A DNA stretch of 64,000 nt from Piromyces finnis finn (GCA_002104945.1 MCFH01000045.1:62001-126000), one strand, 5' to 3'. Shown: positions 25,901 to 40,490, counted from the stretch's first letter. Notes: a model not told the origin generated them from the letters alone. Translations and numbers: made by a program.

Positions 25901-28900
25901 TACAGAAAGGTTTTCTTTGTCATCGTCATCGTTACAAAATATATAAAGAAATGGATGATACTATACCATTAAGTAATTCTTTTAATCAAAAAAGTCAAAA
26001 AGATAAGGATCAAATGGAGAATCAAAAACAGTTAATGAATCATAAAGAAAATTTGAATAAATATAAGTCTATCGATGAAATAGTAAAAAAGTTAAAAGAA
26101 ATTGATTCATTAATTGATGTTGATGAACTGAAAACATTTTCATTATCTTCTGAGGTTATTAATTTCATTGAGGAGAATATTTCATCCTTTTTATCTTTAG
26201 AATTAAGAAATAATCATCAGAGTCTTAAGCCCTATCAAGATTTTATTAAAAAGGTAACTATGTTATAAATTAAATTCATTCATTTAAATACGTTTAAATG
26301 CAAATACTATTGTTAAATTTTAACATATAATTAAACCAATGATGCAATAAAACAATCACTGGTATTAATATTATATATATATATAATAAAGTATCCAAAT
26401 TTATTTTTTAGGATTATACATACCTTAAAAACAGTTCTCCATGGATTTTATACAGATAAAGAAAATTTTGATATAGAATCAAACGACTTTGCTTTTCCAA
26501 AAGAATTTATTACTCAAATTATAAATATGTCAAATACATTATGGTTTTATAAATTATTTTATGAGCATTTTATCATGGAAATTGATGACCATTGCAAAGA
26601 ATTACTGAATAGACTTGATGAACTTTTAATTGGTTCCTCTTCCCAAGAATATGTATCTAAAAAATTACTTCATATTTTCCCGTTTTGGTTATTTTGTTTA
26701 ACAAAACTTACAAATAACGAAACCAAATTAATTATGAATGATTTTATAGATCTTATATTAAATTCTAATAAAACTCAAAGCATTATCAGTCAATCTCAAA
26801 TTGAAACTTCGGTATATCTATCTTTATTATTTATCATTTATAAATCATTTATTATAATATTAATTTTTTTTTATTAATTTTTATTTTCATTAACACTTTA
26901 TAATTTTGGTTTGTGACTATTAAATTAGTTATTACTAAAACTATTAATTATTACTTCAGATAACCCAATTCTTAATTCATCTTATATTAACAATGAACAA
27001 ATGAAAACGTATATTGTACGTTCTGTATTATTTTTATTAACAAAGTTTTTACGTTATCAATCAGAGGAATACAATTGTTTATTTGATATATTACAATGGA
27101 AGTATGTTTTATTATTATTATTTGAGCATGTGCTGATTTTTTATAATTATAATATTAATTTATTTTTAAATTTTCATTATAGAATTGAAAGTGACGATAT
27201 TACTTCAGATGAAATATTTTACAATGTTAAAAAAACAAAATTACCTCATATTTTCCAAATTTTTTCAAATTATGAAAGGATAAATATTAATTATAGAATA
27301 CAATTTTTTATGATACCTTTTATTGAAACGTTCTTAGAAATTTTTATAAATTATGTTGATAGTCCAAAGCTAGAAAAGAAATTAATGGAATGGTTCCTAT
27401 TTTCATTTGTAAACCATTATTTATTCAATAAAAAAGGTATTATTATTAGTATTGGTGATGTAGTTGCTACTTTTTTTTTAAAAAATTATATCCACTTTAA
27501 TTCAAGTAATGTATATTAAAGCTTTTAATTATTTAATATAATTAATAATGATTAGAACTTCTTAAACGTATTACAAAGTATCAAAATGATAATAATAATA
27601 TGAAGTCTATTAATAATAGAGTTATTTTTAAGAATGTGATTGAATTATGTATAAAAAATGCAAATAAATACATTAATATTCAACAACCACTGGATGCCGA
27701 TAATAAATATACATTATTTAATGGACTTGTTCGGATTGGTATTGTTCAACTCCTTAATAATATTGATAATGGATCACAATACTTTCATCAGTAAGTATTA
27801 TAAAAAAAATTTTATATATTCTGAAATATATATTATATATTCATTTTGTCCTTTTCTTTCTTTTTTTTTTCTTTCTTTTTTTTTTTTATAAAATATCAAT
27901 TTAAATAAAGAATTGCCACTAAATTTGAAGATGAATCATCTTTTAAGTACTTATTTCAAAAGGTATCATAAAAAATTGTATTATTTGAATGTGAACTTAG
28001 CTTTTTTTTTTCAATATATTAATAATATTTTTAAAATACTTAGATTATACCCGAGAATAAATTATATTTTGAGGAAGATATTGATATTATATTAAAAATA
28101 TTAATGCATAAAAGTAATTCTGTTTTAAACAAAAAGACACTAATTAATTCATTACTACATTTAATATCTTCCTTTTCGTGTTTTAAGTAAGCATAAACTT
28201 TATAATATACAATATAAAGAAACAAAAAGTTTTATATATACTTTTAAGTATTAATATTATCTTCTTTTCTATATAGTTCAATTATTCAAGTACTATCTTT
28301 ATACCCAATACTTAAATCCTTTGATAATATTTTAAAAAATGTTTCATTAATGTCTTTCGAGGACTACCCATATTCCATCCCTCAAAATATATTAATTATA
28401 TGCAGTATGATAATTCAAACTTCAATACATAGAAAATGTAACATTATTTAATATTATATATTAGTTATTTTTATTAAATTGATTAAAAAAAATTATTACT
28501 AAGTAATATTTATAAAATACATTAAATTATTAGCTGAAATCAAAATGAATTTATTAAATCAATTATCAAATTGTACATTAATTGAATCAATTATTGAATG
28601 TGGGATTATTCATTCAATAAAAAATATAACAATTATGGAAAAAAAAATAAGAAGCATAAAATTTATTAATAAACAAAATAATAACGATAGCGAAGATACG
28701 ACTAAAAAAGATAATAATAAAGATGACACCAAAGTGGAAAACTCAAAATCTGTTAAATCAAAAGACTCCATAGAAAATAATGAAAATAGTGAAAAAGATA
28801 ATGATGTTAATAATGATAATGATAAAAATAATATTAATGAAGATAACGTAATGAATCAAGATGTAGATTCTAAAGTCAGAGAAGGTATACCAACAAACTT

Positions 28901-29992
28901 TGAAGTTCTAATAGAAGTTAAAGCGGATAAAATAATAGATAATAGGGATATAAATAATAAAAATGAATCATTAGAAGAAGCAGAAATAAATGATGAAAAG
29001 GATCAATTAGAATCACCAAAAACAATAGAAAATGAAAGTGAAAGTGAAAAAGAACTTATGAATAATATAATGAAATATTTCTCTATTATTGAAAGTTCTT
29101 TAGATACATTATATCTATTTTCAATTCATCTTAATGAAGAAGCTCCAAAAAAAAATAGAAATAGTTCTATATCAAATGTATCAAAAACTAATTTTAACTC
29201 AAAAATTATTAAACTTATTACCAATTATAATTATCAATCCAAAACTATATCTGATAATAATACTACTAAATCATTTTCGAAATTTTCTCAAATTCTTGAA
29301 AATATGTAAGTTTTTAGATTATTTTCTAATTGTATGCTTATGAAAAATAATAAATATAATACCTAGTAATTTTGTATCTTAATATCTTCTTTTATATTTA
29401 ACTTTCTAATTATTTACAATATTATTTAATATTATTATTTATAAAGTATTTCATTAGATAAATTTAATGATTATTTAACTGAAAATCCAAAAATAATGGT
29501 TATTTTCTGTAAAACTCTAAAACTATGTTTTTCAGAGTTCTCATTTATTAAAGTAAGAACAACAAAGATTATGATTATAAAAATATCACTATTAAATATA
29601 TAAGGTTTTATTTTTTATAATATTAATGAATATCTCTCTATTATAGGATTGTGAAAAGACAAATATTTTTTCTAAACTATTTAGAATTATATCCCATTCA
29701 TACAAAAACCATATCTTTAAAAATTATAATTATCTTGTTAATGAAATATGCCACATAGTAGAATTTATTTTAAGGCGGTCATATATTATCTCAAAAAAAT
29801 TAAAAAAGGTAATAATATAATACATATAATATATATTATAAAATATCATTGATTGTATTTTTTATTAAATTAAATCTTTAAATTAATATCTAGGATAACA
29901 TTCATATTATTTTGAATCATTATGAAAGAAATATTGGTGGTAATAAAAGACTAAAAGAAATTATTAATAATTTGGATAAATTAATTAATTAG
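22918..29992 (+). CDS. Large multi-exon gene, uncharacterised mostly helical protein with acidic low-complexity inserts (roughly 1,700 aa)
   Basis: ATG 22918 (MDILNRIISSIEKKE|GT). The first five exons splice in frame via GT-AG introns into ORF blocks 23959, 25609, 26527, 27001, 27600 and 28545. The last exon ends ...ERNIGGNKRLKEIINNLDKLIN* at 29992. Internal exon borders are only partly resolved. Confidence 0.68.
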
Positions 29993-30710
29993 AAATTCCT
30001 TATTTTTTCAATTCTTTCATAATTAAATTATATATAATTAATAAAAAATTAAAAAGGAAATTTTAATTATTTTAAAATATGAGGACAACAAATTTTTTGG
30101 CTTTTTAATTCCAATGTCAATTAATTTTAATTGACATTGATATATACAAAATACAGAAAACTAACAAAATAATGTATATTAATATAAAATATATAAAATT
30201 ATTTTAATAAACTTTTGTATATATCTTTTGTATATATAAAGCAATTAATTTTTTTTTGTTGTTGTTTTTGTATGTAAAATACAGCCAATGTAAGAAAATT
30301 TTTTCGATTATGATTGGCTTATGACTTAATTTTTTTTTTTTTTTTTTAATTATATTTAATAAAATTAAAGTTAATTTTAAATTTTTATAGTAAAATTTAA
30401 AAATGAAAAAGTATAAATAGAGACGCAACTAACCCAAAAAAATTTATAAATATTATTAAAATAAAAAAGGTATACTATACTAAAAAAAAAAAAATAAATA
30501 AAGAAAAAAAATTATAGATATAAAAAAAAAAAAAAAAGAAAAAGAGAAAAAAAAAAGAAGCAAAAGAAAAAATAAATAAAATAAAAAATAAAAAAATAAT
30601 CAGAAAAAAGTAAAAAAGGTTTGCATTTTTATATTGTAATAGTAATAATTTTATTCTTAGATATAAGAAAATGCAAATATAATAAAGCATAGTATAGTAT
30701 ATAAAAGAAC

Positions 30711-30879
30711 GCACATTCCTTAGATCCCTGCACGTGGAAAGTGCTCTTTATCAGTTAATAAAATGTTTATTAATGTTTTATTAAATGGTAAACCATTTTC
30801 CCCTAGCTCGAAAGGCTACGGCATTTTGCAGTGTTGAGTCATTAATGTGCAATAGCAATTTTACTAACGTTAAAGAGCA
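30711..30879. other. Structured GC-richer intergenic island: candidate ncRNA or small non-autonomous element
   Basis: TGCTCTTTA (30742) / TAAAGAGCA (30871) inverted repeat with adjoining pairs. GCACATT (30711) / AATGTGC (30844) interleaves with it. Local hairpins GCAC-GTGGAAA-GTGC, AAATGG-TAAA-CCATTT and TAGC-TC-GAAA-G-GCTA. Confidence 0.35.
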
Positions 30880-32039
30880 GATAAATTAATTATTTTAAAA
30901 TGAAGGTAAATTCTAAAAATTAATGAAAACCATATTATTACTAGCAATAGTGATAAATGACAAAATTTCTTAATTTTTAATAATAAGCTTTATGGGTAAA
31001 ATGACTTTTTTATTAATAAAAGATTATTTATATTTTTTTGGTTTTCAATTAAATATATTACATAGTCTTTTAATTAATAAAATAGTGATTATATTTATAA
31101 TAAATTTTATTAGAAATTAAAAAGTTGTTTTCCTCTTAGTTTTCAAAATGGAATATACTTTCAAAAATTAATTTTGTTGACATTACAAAATAATAAAAAT
31201 AAATTATTTTTTAATAATTAATAATTAAATCATTTACATTCCTTAAAAATATTAAAGAATGAAAAAAATTTAATTATATAAAAAAAAGAAGCTAATAAGA
31301 AAAAAAATAAAGAAATAAAAAAAAAAAGAAAAGAAAAAGAATAAAAAAATAAAAATAAAAAATAAAAGATTTCAAAAGAAAAAAAATGTAATATAAAATA
31401 TAAAAATTAGTATATTTTTTCGTTACATGTTTCATTTGAAATATAAAAAAAGGGATAGAAAAGTATAAAAATAAGAAATTATTAAAAAAAAATACTATTA
31501 AAAAAATATTATTAAAATTATAAATAAAAAAATAGTTGTAAATATTAAAAAATACATATTAGAAAATAATATATTTATAGCAATTTTATTATTTATAATA
31601 CTAGTAAAAAAAAATATAATGTGTTGTTAATATGATAAATATTTGTTATTAGTTACATTAAAAGAAAAATAATTTTATTTAATGTAATTAATAAAGATAT
31701 TATACTAACAACAATTTATAATAAAAAAGAATAAAAAGAATAAAAAAAAAAAAAAAAAGAAAGAAAAAAAAAAAAAAAGAATAAGAAATGTAGAAAAAGA
31801 AAAAGTAGAAACTTAAAAAAAATAGATGATAAAATAAAATTAAAAATATTAAAATTAAATAAAATTAAAATGTGTGCATATTTTTATAATTGTAAAAATA
31901 TTTAGTGTGTGTTAAATTTAATAATTTGTGATATTTATTTGTGTATATTAATTTTAGGTTACATATTACATAGGTAAAAGATATCAGAAAGTATAATATA
32001 ATTTTATGTTTATGTTTTTTTATTTGCTTGTTATTTGTT

Positions 32040-33648
32040 TTATAATTCAACCCAATGTTTTGAGGTTTCTTCAAACGTATTATAATTTAATAAACTACAT
32101 TGATCGTCACTGGAACGAACAGAATTTATTGCCATATCGTAAATATGACTGTGAAAATTTTAATAAATATTAAAAATTTTAATTTTAGTAATATTTAATA
32201 AATAAAACATTAAATTATTCATTACTTATTATATATTATTATAATTAATGAACTTACTGGTAAATTTTTCTCCTTAAAGATGCTGTACGACCATAGGAAG
32301 AGCTTTTTGTTATAATATGATAATCCATTTCACCAAAAAGCCAATGCTCAGCAAATGCTAAACCAAGAGCTTCTTTATTATTTGTTTTTTCTATATGATT
32401 TATTGATTTATCTGTAATAGTAATAACTTTTCCTGGCCATTTTTCTTTTGCTTTTTCTCTTAATATTTTACAATCCGTTAGAAGTAACCAATAGACGTCT
32501 CTTTTCTTTTTATGATTTATTGATGAAATTTTGTTTGAGTATTCTTCGTATGGTTTCTCAAGTATTTCTTTTTCTAATGATTCAGCGCAATCAAAAAATT
32601 GTTTTACTTGATTGAAAAGTAAAACATTTTCAGCACATACAAAAGAACCTGTATCACTAAAGGTATTATCACCAAGTCGAATTTGTAAACCAATTCTGAT
32701 AGGTTCTAATCCATCATCATTAGGAAGATAATTTTTTTCTGTTAATACTTGTGATTTATGACCTAGATAATAACTTCTTTTTATTTTCATATCATCATAG
32801 GCATCTTGAACAATATTTATTATTTCTGGTTTTGGTTTGAAAAGAAATTCAAATGCACAGCCAAAAGCAGTATCTGGTCTTAAACCCATTTCATAAAGTT
32901 GTTGTTTATGAAATACATTTTCAAATATTCTTTGAAGCTTACCATTCTGTATTCTATAAATTAATGCTTCAGTATCCTTTAAATATTATAAAGTGATTTT
33001 TTAATATGTTAATTTAAAATTTGTTACAAATCATTTAAGGGATAAATATATATATATTTTTAAACAAAAAAAAAGTAAAAATATGTTTGATTTATTATTG
33101 ATTTTTAGAAAGAAAATATATATATATATATAATATTAGCTTACTTCATAATTACTGGTAAAATTGGTATATAAAAATCCTTCATTCCATTGTTCTTTAT
33201 CAAATTCAGTATAATATAATTTTTTTACTGAATTTTTGGCTTCGAGTTTTTCTAATTCCTCTTTACTAATGCTCCAATCAATATTTGGTTTTTCAAAAAT
33301 TTCTTCTAAATCAATACCAATAATTTTAAATGAACGTTTTGACAATAATGCAACATAAAATCCTGAAATAATTTGGGTAAGTCGATCACCCCAACCATTT
33401 TTCCAAGCATCTAATATAAGATATTTCTTATTTACTGAATTATCTATTTCTCTTTGTAATAACGTATATTGTTCCTGCCAGCGGCCACAATAGTTGTTAT
33501 CAAATGAACCTTTTACAGAAGATAATGAATTAACAATACTTTTGTTTTTATATATATTATTATCATTTACAATATATAAAATGGTGATAAATGGAATGCA
33601 AATTATTAAAGAAACGATAATTAAACCTAGTATTTTACTTCTTCTCAT
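32040..33648 (-). CDS. Type II membrane fucosyltransferase-like glycosyltransferase (GT-B; GT11/23/37/68 superfamily), 3 exons, 443 aa
   Basis: Exons 33648-33145, 32976-32258 and 32148-32040 splice in frame. N-terminal TM; GWGDRL..IISGFYVALLSKR (GT37-like GLGNR motif); motif I IGLQIRLGD; motif II LLLTD; motif III EHWLFGEMDYHIITKSSSYG. Confidence 0.8.
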
Positions 33649-34444
33649 TATAATTACTTTTATTTTAACTTAGGAATTATTTATAATTAATAGTTTTTTG
33701 TAATGAAATATAAATGATGTTAAAGTGTTTTACAAAGTATTTAAATATAAAGCTCTAATAATTTTAATTAATTTATAATGACATTTTGATTATAAATGCT
33801 CGATTTTTCTTCAATAATATTTCTTTCTTTATATTATTTATATTATTATCATTAATAATGATATTATTTATTTATATATAATACAAAGTATAATTTTTTT
33901 ATATTTTATTCATATTATATAAATTTGTTTTTAATTGTAAAAAAAAAAAAAAACGAAAAAAAAATAAACTATCTTTATAAAAAAACATTAACTATTTTTT
34001 GCCAATCACATAAAAATATTCAATTTTTATTATTATATAAAATATTTTATTTTTTAATTAAAAGAATTAAAAGTAAAAAATCTAAAAAAAAGTGGAAGAA
34101 TATAAATATACAAGCATTGTGTAATGGATGCTTGTTTACTTCCTAAAATTCTGTCATTGAATTCTAGGTATAAATGCACTTTTCTCTTTTCTAATATAGT
34201 CATATTCAACAAACTCGTATAATATTTAGAATAAAAATACACTATTGTTTCTTTAAGAATCCTTTGTTGTTAATTTTAATATTTTTATTGTATTTTCATA
34301 TATCTGTAGCTATGGTTATTATGTACACTGTAGAAGAATGCATCACTCTACATCATGTAAAAGCACTATTCATAATTTATTTGATAATTCAACTTATCAA
34401 TATAACTTTAAATTAAAACTAATTTAAATATTTTATGAGAAATA

Positions 34445-35265
34445 AGGCCAATTAATTACAGAGCAAGTCATTCGAACTTTTAAAAAATTAATTAAAGCAT
34501 GTATTGTAAAACAGTTAAAACCTTTATTGAAAAAATTTCAGAGAATAATCAATTTATACACAATAATATGATAATAATAAATTTATAAAATTTGTAAATT
34601 ATGTTATAAGTACTTAAAGCTATCATAAGGTTACTATTGAAAGCAAGATTTAGATACAAATTGAATGATTAAGTTACTAAAGCAGTTAAACTAGTTGATC
34701 TAGTTTGTACGAATTATTGTTCATGTTTAATCATAATATTCAATATTAATTAACATAACGTTCAATATCAATATTTAATGATATATGATTAAATATTATA
34801 ATTATCCAGTCCAGATGTTTAATCATCTTAATAAATATATATATACCAATCAATAATAATAAAAATTGATGATAATAACAAAAATAATTACAACGATAGT
34901 AATAAAATTAATAATAGAATTATTTAAGATAATAATGTGTAGAATTTTTAACAATAATAATGAAATAGAATGAAAAGAAATTTGTAAATTTTAAATTAAA
35001 CTAGATACTCATGAAGGACAGCCTTTTTTTGATGATACCTACGGAATCTCTAATCAAATTCATGATTTTTGTTATTGGTCAACAATGGTTAATGCTTAAA
35101 ATAAATGACTTAAAATCAAGAACTAATGCTGAAGAAACAATAGGATAGGTTAAAAGGGCCAGAGAAACTAATGGAAACAAAAATATTATCTCTTGATTAA
35201 AACTTATCTTTGAAGCTGAGTCCCTTTAGAAGAGGCCATATGCAATATTATACTTTAGTAGCAGT
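34445..35265 (+). mobile_element. Decayed Ty3/gypsy-like RNase H-integrase relic
   Basis: Stop-ridden frames: RPINY..RTFKK (RNase H-like) and THEGQPFFDDTY...YWSTM...C*RNN (H2C2 integrase zinc-binding-like). Recognised by eye only. Confidence 0.4.
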
Positions 35266-35451
35266 CATTTTTAAATAAAATTATTAAAATACAATATACT
35301 TTTTTTTTTTACTCATTTGTGTTAAAATAATTTTTTTTTATAATAATTTTTATTTTTTTTAGATTTTTAATAAATTTATAATTTAGCTTTTATATTTTCT
35401 TAATATATTTTTATACAATCATTTGTTAAAACGATGTATATATATAATAAA

Positions 35452-38400
35452 TTAAATTGAAAATTTCAATGAATTCTTATTTTTTTTCTGAATATATTTG
35501 AATTTTCCATTGGAAAAAACAATAATAACAGAACAATATTTATAGAAATTAATATATTTTTCAACTTCATCTTCATTATAGTAAACTGCATTATTTCTAT
35601 TACATTCACAAAGATAGGAACAATGAATATTACATAAACTTCGTTTTACATGATAAAAATAATACTTCGGCATATTCCCTTTATTTTTTGATATATAATA
35701 TACTTTGTCCCATGAATATAATATCAGCATTATTAAATAGCATATTTCATTTATTATATTATTAAATAAATTATATGCAAATCCATTCTTATTTAATGAA
35801 ATATAGCTAATTAGCTGCATATATTAGTATTATTATTATTATATAAATTAATAAAAGTTAGTAAATTTGTTTAAATATATTTTTTTATATTTAATGTATA
35901 AATATACATGAACTATAGGTCCTATTGATATCCATAAAATTGTTGAATAGCTCATATATTTAACACATTGAAAGACATATGTGTAATTCCAAATTTTTAT
36001 AACTAATGCTAATAGATATATAATCATAAAAAGTTCAATAAAACTGACTATAAAATCAATTTTATCAAGAGGACACTGGTATCTCCATTTCCCATCATAT
36101 TCTTGAATATATTCATCCTTTGATTTGTTATTTAATAGAATAACAAAAATAAAAATAAAAAATACACATGTATATATTAATGAAAACTCAGTGTATAAGG
36201 AGTGAATGTGAGAAACATCTTTGTTTAATTTCTTTATTTTAGCATGATTATCAACTATTTCAGAATTGCATGATGTTTTTGAAACATTATTTTCTTTTGA
36301 TAAAATATTATTATTTATTTTTTTTTCTATATCTTCAATTATATTTATATCTATTGTTTCAGAATTCGAGTTTGAATTCTTTTGATTATTATTTTCTTTT
36401 ATATTTATAGTTTGAAATAGACTTAACTCCAACCGGTGTAAATCTTTGAATTTCATTCCCAATTTTTCTCCAGTTGATATGTATATCAAAAAAATAATGT
36501 ATACTAATAAGATACCGCAATGTTTTAAGAGAAAATGGAATGAACAGTTTATGTAATTAGAAAATATATTAAAATTCAAACTTATAAAATACAATATCAT
36601 TCCTATTAATATTAATTGGCATTTAAAAAATCCTGGATCACATATTATTCTTTGTTTTCTATTTATAATCATAAATATCATTAAAGCTAGAGTTATTAAT
36701 ATTGCAGGAGAAGACAAAATATTTGTATATATATTGCTATTTGTATAAATGAGGATTATAAGATAAAAATTATAAATAATAATTTTTAAATAGTGTATTC
36801 ATTATATGTAATAGTACTCACCTTATTTCTTTAAAATCTTTTAAATTACATTTATTTCCTTTCCATCCTGGAAGGCATTGACATTCATTATAGTTTTTAT
36901 TATTTAAATTAGTGATGTTACTCTTTATACAAATAGCTGTTTTATTTAATATTGGGCAATCATCATTACAAATCGGGTTTTCACAGTAATAATAATTTTC
37001 TCTTATATTCATTTTAATTTGCTCATCATTACAATCATTTATAATAAATTTATAATTTTTATTTTCTATATTAATATTGTTTGAGTTTATCCCTTCATTT
37101 TCAATCATTATCTCCATATATAAAATTACAGGATATTTTGAATATATACTTAATTGATTTAATTCGCATATTCCTAATTAATATATATATATTATTGATT
37201 AACAACGCAAAATAAATAATATATAATTAAATTAAAAAAATCTACCTTTGGAAAAGCTACATCTATTTCCAATTATTTTTATATCATCTCTACTTATTGA
37301 ATTTAAATTATTATTGTTTTCTCTTTCTACTAAATCTATTTTTAAATTTATATTTTCATAATATTTTAATTCATCATAAATTATTTGATCAAATTCATCC
37401 GCCACCTTAAAAGTTAATTTATAACTTTCTCCACTTTTCATTGTAATTTCATTTCTTGAAGAGCTTACCAAATTTATTTTATTTGGTCTTGTTGCAAAAT
37501 CATTGCCATTTGAGTATGATGTATTGTTAATAAAGGTACTTTTTATTTCTTTAAATTGGTTTATTTTTTCCACATCATTAATGGTTTCAATATAAATTCC
37601 ACCACCTGAATATGCATGATTATTAATAAAACTTGAATTTGAGATAAGTATTGATTTACAACTGGAATAAACAGAACCTCCAAAATAGTCAGCCGTATTA
37701 TGTTGGAATTTTGAATCAAGTAATTCAATTTCACAATCACTTTCTTTTTCAAAATAATCTATATATATTGCACCTCCATTAAACGAATGGTTATTTTCAA
37801 AAATAGATGAGTTTATTCTTATATGTAATTCTTGAAATTTCGAAAAATACCTAAAATGTTATTTTTATATAAATTATTAAACTCGGATTTTGATATTAGA
37901 TCTTTTTAAATTATTATGATTTTTATTACAATGAACCCCCGTTACTTTTTACTTCATTGTTTTTAAATATTGAATTATTAATGGTCATCTTATTATTAAA
38001 ATAACTAGATAATAATCCATTTTTATATTTATTGATATTTTTATTATCAAAAACATTCATATTATTCATTTCAATAATGGACTTTTTCATATTATGGAAT
38101 AATTAATTAATTTTAAAATACATACATAAATTTATATAAAATTATTAAATATTAAACTTCATATAATACCAACATTTTTTGATATATTATTTAATATAGA
38201 GCCGTATGCCGAAACATTAGTAATTGATACATTTGAAAACTCAATTAGTGTGGTATCTCCTTTAATAAGTATTAAGTCACCATTTGATTGACAACTTTTT
38301 ATATCAGTATTTTTCATTATAAATTTTTTCTCAGCATCTCCAGAATTAAATACTATTAATGAAGAACTATCAATTTCACCATTTAATAAAATATTTTTGA

Positions 38401-40149
38401 ATTTGCAATTACTAATTGATAATGGTTTGTATGTTGATTGTATTATAGCATTTGAATTTGATTTAATATTCGAAAAAGTATCGTTCATAAATGAATAGTT
38501 GGTTTCATCATCAAATAAATTACTTCTTAATGAACTATTTAATAAAGTGAATAATTAGAATTCTAATTGATAATAGAAATAATAATATAATATATTATAT
38601 TATTATTGCAAAATTAAATACTAAAATTTTTATATATATAAGTTTAATTACATACGTTATATTATCATATATAGAATTTGAAATATTAATATTTGAGTAT
38701 GGTGAATTTATCAAAATTGGTTTTGAATCTATACTAGAAATATTATAAAACTGGCATTTGTTAATTGAAATATCATTATATGATCCATCTATTAATGTAC
38801 TAATATCTTTAAACAAGAAAAATTAATATTCATAAATAATTATTCTTATATAATATTCATATTAATATTTAACTACCATTAAATATTGAATCTTCAATAT
38901 TAATTTTTATTTTTTTTATAAAAGAAAAAAACGTTATAATATTTCCACTATAAGAATGGCAATTTTTCATAGTCACATTATAAAGGCTTATTATTAAAAT
39001 TTAATATTATTAAAAATAACTTATTAATATTAAAGATATATTTAAGAAAGTATGACAACTATCAATATATATTACTCAAAAAATGTATTTGATAAAAATA
39101 ATAATGGTTTATTATAATAAATATTAATGTCTTCAAACTTCGAATTTATAAATTTAACTTTATTTTCCATTCCTGAAGAACTAAAAATTGAACTAAAATA
39201 TTCATCTTCAATTCCATATACATTATTAAAATTACCTGTTATTTTCAAAAATATGAATTAAAAAATTGTTTTTATAAAATTTTAAAAAATATTATATAAT
39301 ATTATTCATACAATTTTCAAACATTATATTTCCTTGGTAATTATCTCCAATATATTTAATGTCTTTAAATTGACAATTTTTATATTGAACATAAAAACAA
39401 TCTACACAATGTGAAAAATTTAAAACATCATGAAATGTTGATGAAAAAACTTTATTTGAGTTACTATTATGAAATATAATATAATAATTAATTTTTATTA
39501 ATTAATATTAGGTTGTTTATGTTCATATTTTAGTTTTTAGTATTATTAGCATATTCATTAAAATTAAAAAAGAAAACACATACATAAATGTACAGTTTTT
39601 GATTATGACTTGAGGTAAGAAATTTTTTATTTTTATTTTTGTATAAAAAAAATGAAATATTCGACTCTGAATATTATCGAATTTACAATTTTCGAATTCT
39701 ATTTGAAAATTATTATTATCAGTAGAAAAATCGAAAAAAAATAGGCATTGATCAACATAAATAAAATTTTGAAATGTTATATTTCGAAATATAATCTTCT
39801 TTTTATTTGATAATTCTGATCTAAATAAAATACTTATTTGACTCTTACTCGAGTTTTGGAAATCAAAAATTGTTCCATTTTTACTATAAAAAATTAAGTC
39901 TGAACTCACATCAAAAACTAAATTACTACCAAGTGGTATAGTATAAAAATCATCTTCACATAATATTTCTACTTCTTTATTATTATAAGTATCCGTAGAT
40001 AATAAATTTGTAATAGTTGTAGATAATTTCTTTAAATTTTCCTCATTATTTTTTATTTTTACTTCAATAAGATATACATTTCTAATTAAATATAAAAGTA
40101 TAATACAAGTGTAAATTTTTATACTTGATTTTTTATTCTTAAATATCAT
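35452..40149 (-). CDS. Multi-exon receptor-like protein: signal peptide, parallel beta-helix-like repeats, EGF-like domain and class C-like 7TM
   Basis: Recurrent I.I.NC.F.N motifs; EGF C..PIC..DC.....AIC.....N.CQCLPGWKGNKC; multiple hydrophobic helices with DPGFFKC and WRYQCPL; Cys-bearing C-tail; stop at 35452. Exon borders are not all resolved. Confidence 0.8.
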
Positions 40150-40400
40150 TTTTCTTTTAATTTATATACTTATACACCATTTATGTATATGTATAATGTG
40201 TATATATAAGATAAATTGTTTTTATAATAATTATATTATGTAATATAAATAAAAAAAAAAAAATAAAATATTTAAAATATTTTAGCATCTTTAAACTTTA
40301 AATACTAATAATTATTTTATAAAAAAAATTACTTAGAAAAGGGAAAATTTTAAAATGTTAATAATTTTATTAATTATAATACATAATTTATTAAAGGTAT

Positions 40401-40490
40401 TGACTTTTGAGGAGGAATTATTATTTGATAAATTAAGAATGAAAATGACTTTTGAGGAGGAATTATTATTTGATAAATTAAGAATGAAAA
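40401..40490. repeat. Exact 45-bp tandem duplication
   Basis: TGACTTTTGAGGAGGAATTATTATTTGATAAATTAAGAATGAAAA x2 (40401-40445, 40446-40490). Confidence 0.95.
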
